Source of the DNA: Prochlorococcus marinus subsp. pastoris str. CCMP1986
GTDB taxonomy: Bacteria; Cyanobacteriota; Cyanobacteriia; PCC-6307; Cyanobiaceae
Assembly: GCF_000011465.1 (NCBI RefSeq)
Contig: NC_005072.1
Span: 1,110,001-1,142,000, forward strand
Direction of reading: 5' to 3'
Length of the DNA stretch: 32,000 nt
In this document: one piece after another, positions 1 through 6,121 of the stretch
Layout of the letters: each line of letters begins with the position of its first letter
Numbering within the stretch: the first letter of the stretch is position 1
The notes under the pieces: generated by a model
Database searches by the model: none
Seen by the model: the letters and a program-made list of their open reading frames with translations, nothing else
What the model was told of the DNA's origin: nothing
Program-made: the position numbers and the translations under genes

Positions 1-70
1 AAAAGGAATTGACAGAAAGAGTGAGCCAGCTCTAGAAATGCCAGATATTGATTAACTCTAATCAATTTTC

Positions 71-99
71 AAAAGACCCTTTTTAAGGGTCTTTTTTTT
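71..99. terminator. Bidirectional rho-independent terminator hairpin at the maf 3' end
   Basis: AAAAGACCCTT / AAGGGTCTTTT forms a 10-11 bp perfect stem (71-81 with 85-95) around a 3-nt loop. A T-run follows at 92-99 on the + strand, and the A-run at 71-74 gives a T-run on the - strand. It sits directly at the maf stop codon (98-100) and downstream of a short open frame entering from the left edge. Confidence 0.75.
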
Positions 100-724
100 A
101 TGGGAAAATTCCTTCCTTAATAAGACTCTTTCTAAGCCATGGCAAACTTAAACCCATTACATTACTAAAACAACCATCTATCCTTTCGATATATTTACCT
201 CCCTTGCCCTCTAAAGCAAATCCTCCAGCACAATATAAAGGTTCAAGAGAGTCAACATAATTTTTTATCTCTTCATCTTGCAATTTAGAAAAATATACTT
301 TAGAACTTACTGTTTTTTTAATTTTCTTTGTCACTTTTAGTATTTTTGAACTTGAGTCAAAAGTACTAAAAAGTAATGTATGTCCTGTATGGAGAAAACC
401 AAATTCTCCAGACATTTGTGACCATCTTCTATATGCCTCATCTTTATCTGATGGTTTTCCGAAAGGTCTTCCATTAAATTCGAATATTGAATCACAACCA
501 AGAATTTCTACAGAACTATAATTAAACTTTTCTGGTAAGTCTATTTCTTGGATATTAAGAGCAATCCTACTAGCTTTTTGAAAAGACAATTCGAGAGTTA
601 AATTAGATATATCTTTCTCTTTTACTAAAGCTTCATCAAAATTACTTGATATTTGAATAAATTCGATTTGAGAATTTTCTAGTAATTTCTTTCTAGATTG
701 AGAAGCAGAGGCTAGAATTAACAC
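98..724 (-). CDS. maf: Maf-like nucleotide pyrophosphatase / septum formation protein
   Basis: 208 aa. The N-terminus [14 protein letters not shown] and the overall layout are typical of the Maf family. GTG start (reverse complement of 722-724). Confidence 0.8.
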
Positions 725-790
725 AAATTTTTTATCGAATTATAATTCAATTTACTTATTAATAAATTACAAGATTAATATAAATTACTA

Positions 791-2320
791 ATGGAATTAA
801 TAGAAAAACTACAACCTATTAAAAAGCCCTTAATGGTTTTAGGTACATCTAGCGGGGCAGGTAAATCTTTAACAGTTACGGCCATTGGCAGGATTCTTAA
901 AAATTCAGGAGAAGAACCAATACCTTTTAAGGGTCAAAATATGAGTAACAATGCATGGGTCGACTGGAATGGCGGAGAGATGGCATTTTCTCAAGCTTTA
1001 CAAGCATTTGCTTGCGGGATAATTCCTTCTTCGGAGATGAATCCTATCCTATTAAAACCACAAGGTAATTCAACTAGTGAAGTCATTCATTTAGGGAAAA
1101 GTAAGGGTATTACAACAGCAAAAGATTACTACAAAGATTGGTTTTTCCCAGGATGGGGAGTAATAAAAAAAAGTTTGAATTCAATATATGAACGATACCC
1201 AAATTGTCGTTTAATTATTGAGGGGGCAGGAAGTCCTGTAGAGATGAATTTAATTCACAGAGACCTTACGAACTTAAGAGTTGCAAAGTATTTAAACGCG
1301 AATTGCATTTTAGTAACTGATATCGAAAGAGGAGGCGTATTTGCTCAAATAATAGGAACTCTTGAGTTAATGAAACCAGATGAGAGAAAGCTTATTAAAG
1401 GCATATTAATAAATAGATTTAGAGGGGACCTTTCATTATTTGAAGAAGGTAAAAAATGGATAGAAAACAAAACAAAAATCCCTGTTTTAGGAATAATTCC
1501 TTGGTTAGATGATAAATTCCCTCCAGAGGATTCTTTAGATTTATTAGAAAAAAAATCATCTTTAACCAACCCTGAATTAAAGGTTGGAATTATAAAATTG
1601 CCATCTATAAGTAACTTTTCAGATTTTGATCCATTAGAAAATGAAGAATCAATATTAATCAAATGGGTAATGGAATCTCAAAATTTAAATCAATATGATT
1701 TTCTTATTATTCCTGGAAGTAAACAGACTATTAAAGATCAAAAATTTCTTAGAGATTCTGGTCTATCAGAAGATATAAAAAATTATTCAACGAATAAAGG
1801 TAATATTTTTGGAATTTGCGGAGGTTTACAAATGTTAGGGACAATTCTTGAAGACCCATTTTTTAAAGAAGGATCAAAAATCAATTGTGAGAAATCAATC
1901 AATGGAATTGGATTACTCCCTTTAAAAACAACTTTCTTTCAAAAAAAGATAACAAGGCAAATAAATTCTGAGTCAATTTGGCCGCAGGTAACAGAAATCA
2001 ACGGGTTTGAGATACATAACGGAGTAACTGAATTAGATAACAGTCAAGATACTTTTAAAATAAAACCCATTTTTAAGGATTTAGATCTTGGGTGGTATAA
2101 AGAAAATATTCAAGGAGGGACTATTGCAGGTACATATATTCATGGAATCTTTGAAAATGATGACTGGCGAGATCACTATTTAAATTTAATTAGAAAAGGG
2201 AAAAACTTACCTTTATTAAAAAAGAGAACAAGATCTTATAAAATGAAACGGGAAAACATTATTGATAATCTCGCAAATGAATTTAAAAAAAATTTTAATA
2301 TTTCATCATTGTTAAATTGA
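791..2320 (+). CDS. cobQ: Cobyric acid synthase
   Basis: 509 aa. Has an N-terminal P-loop-like GTSSGAGKS. The C-terminal glutamine amidotransferase domain carries the ICGGLQMLG nucleophile motif and YIHG. Confidence 0.9.
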   Translation: MELIEKLQPIKKPLMVLGTSSGAGKSLTVTAIGRILKNSGEEPIPFKGQNMSNNAWVDWNGGEMAFSQALQAFACGIIPSSEMNPILLKPQGNSTSEVIHLGKSKGITTAKDYYKDWFFPGWGVIKKSLNSIYERYPNCRLIIEGAGSPVEMNLIHRDLTNLRVAKYLNANCILVTDIERGGVFAQIIGTLELMKPDERKLIKGILINRFRGDLSLFEEGKKWIENKTKIPVLGIIPWLDDKFPPEDSLDLLEKKSSLTNPELKVGIIKLPSISNFSDFDPLENEESILIKWVMESQNLNQYDFLIIPGSKQTIKDQKFLRDSGLSEDIKNYSTNKGNIFGICGGLQMLGTILEDPFFKEGSKINCEKSINGIGLLPLKTTFFQKKITRQINSESIWPQVTEINGFEIHNGVTELDNSQDTFKIKPIFKDLDLGWYKENIQGGTIAGTYIHGIFENDDWRDHYLNLIRKGKNLPLLKKRTRSYKMKRENIIDNLANEFKKNFNISSLLN

Positions 2321-2568
2321 AACAATCAAAAATTAAAATTATATGGCCAAATAACATTACGACAATTGTAAACGAAGGTGATGATTGGTTTTCTGCAGCA
2401 GAGGTAGCAGGAATAGAAATCCCAACTGGATGTCTAACAGGTAGTTGTGGTGCCTGTGAAATAGATGTTAATGGAGAAACAGTTAGAGCTTGTATAAGCA
2501 ATATTCAAAGTGAAACAGATTGTTCATTAAGCGTTGCTTTTACTACCGATCCCTTTTGGGAAAATTAA
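2317..2568 (+). CDS. Small stand-alone 2Fe-2S ferredoxin-like protein
   Basis: 83 aa with Cys at 39/44/47/59 (C-x4-C-x2-C-x11-C, CLTGSCGACEIDVNGETVRAC). TTG start overlaps the cobQ stop (TTGA at 2317-2320). There is no in-frame ATG anywhere in the ORF. Confidence 0.7.
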   Translation: MKQSKIKIIWPNNITTIVNEGDDWFSAAEVAGIEIPTGCLTGSCGACEIDVNGETVRACISNIQSETDCSLSVAFTTDPFWEN

Positions 2569-2580
2569 ATTATTAATTCT

Positions 2581-4389
2581 TTAGTATAAAAAATTTAATT
2601 TAAAACCAATTCGATATTCGTTATCTTCAAGAATTTGTCCGATGTCCTGTATACCGACTGCATTGGAATAATATAAATCAATTGATTTTCCTGGTTTTAG
2701 AGAATACCTTAATGCTAATGAGGAATTAAAATCTGAATCATTTTTAAATGAAGTATTTATTTCAGGGATAAGTTGCAAATTATCAAATAAATTTATGTAA
2801 CTTGAAAGTCCTAACCCCCCAAAACTGTCCACACCACTAAAAAAATATTTAGGACTTAAATTAAAGGCTAACTTATCATTTAAGCTAAAAGTATTTATCA
2901 ATTCACTGAATAGGTAACCTTGATTAGTATCATCATTTCTTCCAACCGATGTCCTAACTGTCATCCAAAAAAGGTCATCTTTTTGAGGGCTAAATATTAA
3001 TAATTTCCCTCCTAATCTGTAATTAAGATTATTTTCACTTAAGTAAGTTGAATATAAAGTTGAAATATTATTATCATTAAAACGACCAATATTGAGAAAC
3101 TCTAGTTGAAATATATTTGACAACGAATAACCATAAAATCCAAACAAATTTCCCTTAGAGTCATAATTAAGATTAATTTGTGAAGTTCCAGCTTTAGGTA
3201 TCAGTGCATTATTAACTGTAATTCCGCCATAACTAATCAATTTCTCTCTATCATTTAAGGGTTCAAGAAGAGTATCTTCTCCATATGGTTTATATATAAG
3301 ATTTGCAGAATAAAGTGGCTTATTATCTGAGGGAATAGTAAGTAATCCTGTAGATGGAGTCGAACCGTATGAGTTCGATAATTTACCTTCAATTCCAATC
3401 TTAGGATTGATATCCCATCCCAACCCTATACTATATATTGGTTTTCTAGAGTACTTCAGTTCACTATCAAAATAATTATTGCCAGGGCCTAATGGAGTTG
3501 TATATGAGAAAAGAAGATCAACATCTTCAGCAATATCTAAAACAAAGCCACTTCCAACATAAAAATTATTTTCATAAGCATTTTTACCAATTCCTTTTGA
3601 GCCTAGTTTCTCAGGTAAAAAAGTGATTCCAGGAACTATTACAACTGCCAATTTATCATTAAAATTTTTCGAAAAGGGTAAAGAAAAAGCTCCAATTATA
3701 TTTTCAAATTTATCTTTACCATATGAATTATTCTCTTGATTATATATACTTTTTGTATTTTCAGATCCACTAGCTTGCCTCCAATATTCAAGAGTAGATA
3801 CCATTGATAGACCCAAGATATTTTCATTCTCTTCTAATAATTTTTTCTTAAATGAAAAAGCATAATTTTGCCAATGATAATTACTTAGTTGTCCATCAAT
3901 TAAGTTGTATAAATTATCATCCGCTTCAGAAAAATAAATTGAGATAAGGGAAGAATTTGAGAGCCCATAATCAAAAACAAATGATGGATTTTGTTGCCCA
4001 GTACCACCAGATACACCCCCATCAAAAGATGATTTCCATCTAACTGAAGTTTGAAAATCTCCATAGTCAAGAAAATTGTTAAGAGGTAAATATGGTTCAA
4101 TTTCAAGAATAGAAGGATTTGATTTTAGTTTAGAATTATAAATATTTTCATCTCTATAATTCTCAGTTTTTTTTACTTTAGAACTTTCCTCATTATTATT
4201 TTGAAAATAACTTTTATCATCCTTATAGTATTTCCAAATAATCTTTTTCAAATCATTTGAATTTTTTTCTTGTATTTTTTCCCATTTAATCTTTTTTGTT
4301 TCAGACGATTCTTTTGTATATTTATCTGCTAAGACACTAACGAAATTTAATAATTGACTAAATATAAATAAATAAAATACCAACCTCAT
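2581..4389 (-). CDS. Putative outer-membrane beta-barrel protein (porin-like), family not recognised
   Basis: 602 aa. N-terminal signal-peptide-like MRLVFYLFIFSQLLNFVSVLA is followed by a ~100-aa K/E/N-rich region. The rest is a long G/S/N/Y-rich region with alternating hydrophobic pattern and a C-terminal aromatic end (KLNFLY). Confidence 0.55.
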   Translation of the reverse strand: MRLVFYLFIFSQLLNFVSVLADKYTKESSETKKIKWEKIQEKNSNDLKKIIWKYYKDDKSYFQNNNEESSKVKKTENYRDENIYNSKLKSNPSILEIEPYLPLNNFLDYGDFQTSVRWKSSFDGGVSGGTGQQNPSFVFDYGLSNSSLISIYFSEADDNLYNLIDGQLSNYHWQNYAFSFKKKLLEENENILGLSMVSTLEYWRQASGSENTKSIYNQENNSYGKDKFENIIGAFSLPFSKNFNDKLAVVIVPGITFLPEKLGSKGIGKNAYENNFYVGSGFVLDIAEDVDLLFSYTTPLGPGNNYFDSELKYSRKPIYSIGLGWDINPKIGIEGKLSNSYGSTPSTGLLTIPSDNKPLYSANLIYKPYGEDTLLEPLNDREKLISYGGITVNNALIPKAGTSQINLNYDSKGNLFGFYGYSLSNIFQLEFLNIGRFNDNNISTLYSTYLSENNLNYRLGGKLLIFSPQKDDLFWMTVRTSVGRNDDTNQGYLFSELINTFSLNDKLAFNLSPKYFFSGVDSFGGLGLSSYINLFDNLQLIPEINTSFKNDSDFNSSLALRYSLKPGKSIDLYYSNAVGIQDIGQILEDNEYRIGFKLNFLY

Positions 4390-4686
4390 TTAAAAAATTC
4401 TTTAATTTATCTAATTAACTTTTCAATAATACTACTAGGAAGACAGTTTTCAATTCTATAAGATAATAATAGGAATGAAAAAAGAGTATTGGACAACTAA
4501 TGGAGAAGGAATGTAATCATTATAATGATGGATTAGATCCATCAGAAGAATATTTAAGAAAGAAGAAAAAAGGTAATGATGATGATACCTATTTCCCTCC
4601 AGAAGAATCAGAATCGCCACATTATTAAGAGCGTAAGAAAATTTATTGACAGGTTCTTTAAAATTAAAAAAAATCAAAATTTAAAT

Positions 4687-5091
4687 ATGACTGAACAAAG
4701 GAAAATAGAGAAATTTGGAGTCGGGAATTTATACCCTGACATTCATCCACCAGAGTTTTCATTCTTTAAAGAAAAATGTATAGATGTAGCACTTGGATAT
4801 GATGATGGTTTTACTTTCACTCCTAAATTTGGGAATTTTAAAGAAACTGAAGATATTTTTGATTACCTAAAACAATATCTTGAAGATAAAGAATTAGAAA
4901 AATTAGATATTCGTTTTGATACTTTAAAAACTTGTATATACCAAATAAATCCTGAGACATTAGAACTTGGAGAATTATTGGAATGTGAAGGAAGTGATGT
5001 TGAATATTTTGAATGGAATAAAAAAACTAAAAGTATTGATGAGGTTGATTCAAATTCACTAAGTGATGAAGAAGAAGAATATTTTCACTAA
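4687..5091 (+). CDS. Acidic hypothetical protein, first gene of the islet cassette; C-terminus possibly truncated by a 1-nt frame shift
   Basis: The ORF track opens at 4576, but the first 37 codons read like AT-rich non-coding translation, so I prefer the ATG at 4687 (MTEQRKIEKFGV...). The protein is strongly acidic (D/E-rich tail SDEEEEYFH). No family recognised. See findings for the duplication and frame shift at 5056-5153. Confidence 0.5.
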   Translation: MTEQRKIEKFGVGNLYPDIHPPEFSFFKEKCIDVALGYDDGFTFTPKFGNFKETEDIFDYLKQYLEDKELEKLDIRFDTLKTCIYQINPETLELGELLECEGSDVEYFEWNKKTKSIDEVDSNSLSDEEEEYFH

Positions 5092-5113
5092 GTGATGATA
5101 ATTCATATTTTCC
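5056..5113 (+). repeat. Imperfect tandem duplication with 29-nt period at the 3' end of the acidic islet gene
   Basis: TCACTAAGTGATGA occurs at 5056-5069 and again at 5085-5098. Both copies continue to a TATTTT element. They encode SLSDEEEEYF (gene frame) and SLSDDNSYFP (shifted frame). Confidence 0.8.
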
Positions 5114-5149
5114 TTCAGAAGAAATAGAGCAAGTTGAGGCACTATCGAA

Positions 5150-5353
5150 ATGAATAAAGAACATAATTATGTAGGATTGTTATTAAATTACATTGTTTTG
5201 AAGGAAGAGATGGAAGTGATCTTTTATTTACATAATCCCTATCCAGATTGCTTAAAAATCCCAGATATACTGAAACAAAGGTTTCCTAGTGATTACAAAA
5301 GCATAGTTGTAAATTCTTTGGATAATTTCAAAAAGTATGGAGCAAAACGTTGA
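5150..5353 (+). CDS. Hypothetical 67-aa protein (islet cassette gene 2)
   Basis: ATG start. The ORF is open for 67 codons in AT-rich DNA. Its stop (TGA 5351-5353) overlaps the TTG start of the next ORF. No family recognised. Confidence 0.45.
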   Translation: MNKEHNYVGLLLNYIVLKEEMEVIFYLHNPYPDCLKIPDILKQRFPSDYKSIVVNSLDNFKKYGAKR

Positions 5354-5532
5354 GCACTAAATGGGATAACACTTCATGGCAGAAAGAGTTCTTGAATATG
5401 AAGTCACATTCGCCATCAGATGCAAAACTCTTAATAGGAGGTGTAAAAGGATTTAAAGATGCTTGGCGTTTAGGTGTTCTACATGTGGAATACGAAAGAT
5501 TGAAGAAAATACAAGAGCAGCAGCAACAATGA
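5350..5532 (+). CDS. Hypothetical 60-aa protein (islet cassette gene 3)
   Basis: TTG start in a TTGA overlap with the preceding stop; an alternative ATG lies at 5398. The TTG start is supported because the W-x-KE-F-L motif shared with the next ORF lies upstream of that ATG. Ends in a poly-Q tail (QEQQQQ). Confidence 0.4.
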   Translation: MSTKWDNTSWQKEFLNMKSHSPSDAKLLIGGVKGFKDAWRLGVLHVEYERLKKIQEQQQQ

Positions 5533-5684
5533 AAGAAAAAATAGATTGGAAGAAAGAGTTATTAGAAAGTGGAAGATTCAACGATAAATTCTCTAGGAAT
5601 TTATTAGAAAACGGAGCAAAGAACTATATGCAAGAAATCTATATGGGATATATGTATAACAGGTGGAGGAAAATTAGAGATTGA
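5529..5684 (+). CDS. Hypothetical 51-aa protein (islet cassette gene 4), apparent paralogue of gene 3
   Basis: The ATG at 5529 forms an ATGA overlap with the stop of the previous ORF (5530-5532). The ORF track start at 5463 (TTG) would overlap the previous ORF by 70 nt. Sequence: MKEKIDWKKELLESG...RWRKIRD. Confidence 0.4.
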   Translation: MKEKIDWKKELLESGRFNDKFSRNLLENGAKNYMQEIYMGYMYNRWRKIRD

Positions 5685-5690
5685 ATATCT

Positions 5691-5958
5691 ACCACACCTC
5701 CAAAAGTAGTCCAACACATCATTCTTTCCTTCAATAGATTAAGTTGGTGTCATCTGAATCGAACCCAAATCGTAATGGTATTTCGTTCCACCATATAGGG
5801 AATTTTATACCACACAATTTTAAAGGTAAACCACATTTATCCACCACATTTTATTGCTAGTTATAGTGTTAATTTCAAATTAGCAATATAAACTTTTAAA
5901 TCTATAATTAATCAACCATCCTTTATTAGCATGCATTTTGGAGGATTAATTACCACAA
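5691..5958. repeat. Cluster of five exact ACCACA hexamers (plus one ACCATA) in non-coding DNA next to tRNA-Ser
   Basis: Exact ACCACA at 5691, 5809, 5830, 5843 and 5953, and ACCATA at 5790. The central three share the extended context ACCACAYWTTT. Confidence 0.7.
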
Positions 5959-5986
5959 CAAAAGGTATAAGAATCTAAAAATTAAC

Positions 5987-6071
5987 GGAGAGGGTGGGAT
6001 TCGAACCCACGAACAGTCTCCCGTTAAACGATTTCGAATCGTTCGCTTTCGACCACTCAGCCACCTCTCCA
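5987..6071 (-). tRNA. tRNA-Ser (anticodon CGA)
   Basis: The reverse complement folds as a cloverleaf. Acceptor stem is GGAGAGG/CCUCUCC with discriminator G. Anticodon stem is AACGA/UCGUU with loop UUCGAAA (anticodon CGA). There is a long variable arm, a T stem GUGGG/CCCAC with loop UUCGAAU, and no encoded CCA. Confidence 0.93.
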
Positions 6072-6121
6072 TAAATAAATAATATATAAAATTTATAAAT
6101 TCGTTTTTTTATATCTTCTAA

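Noticed and set aside
2-55. Open frame entering from the left edge and ending at TAA 53-55 (...KGIDRKSEPALEMPDID*); an alternative frame ends at TAG 33-35.
   Set aside because: There is too little sequence (18 codons or fewer) to choose the frame or recognise a product. Only the downstream terminator hairpin is reported.
4576-4686. N-terminal 37-codon extension of the acidic islet gene (track start MMMIPISLQKNQNRH...).
   Set aside because: The extension translates as AT-rich filler (K/N/I) and overlaps the better-supported repeat module in another frame. The ATG at 4687 gives a compact gene. It cannot be excluded without homologues.
5080-5087. Programmed -1 ribosomal frameshifting on the U-UUU run to read through into the second duplication copy.
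   Set aside because: Only the A-site codon (UUU to UUU) can re-pair. The P-site UAU cannot, so there is no classical X-XXY-YYZ heptamer. I see no obvious downstream stimulatory structure. A simple homopolymer indel or sequencing error is more parsimonious, so this is kept only as a remote alternative in the finding.
5463-5528. Longer version of islet gene 4 starting at TTG 5463 (MAFRCSTCGIRKIEE...).
   Set aside because: It would overlap gene 3 by 70 nt. The ATG at 5529 gives the same ATGA stop/start junction seen elsewhere in the cassette and aligns the W-x-KE-L-L motif at the N-terminus.
5852-5888. 8-bp stem TATTGCTA / TAGCAATA with a 21-nt loop in the non-coding arm, and a weaker ATCCT/AGGAT stem at ~5918-5946 just downstream of the tRNA on the - strand.
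   Set aside because: The stems are short and AT-rich with large loops, and neither is followed by a convincing U-tract. They may be tRNA 3' processing or termination structures, but the evidence is too thin to call.
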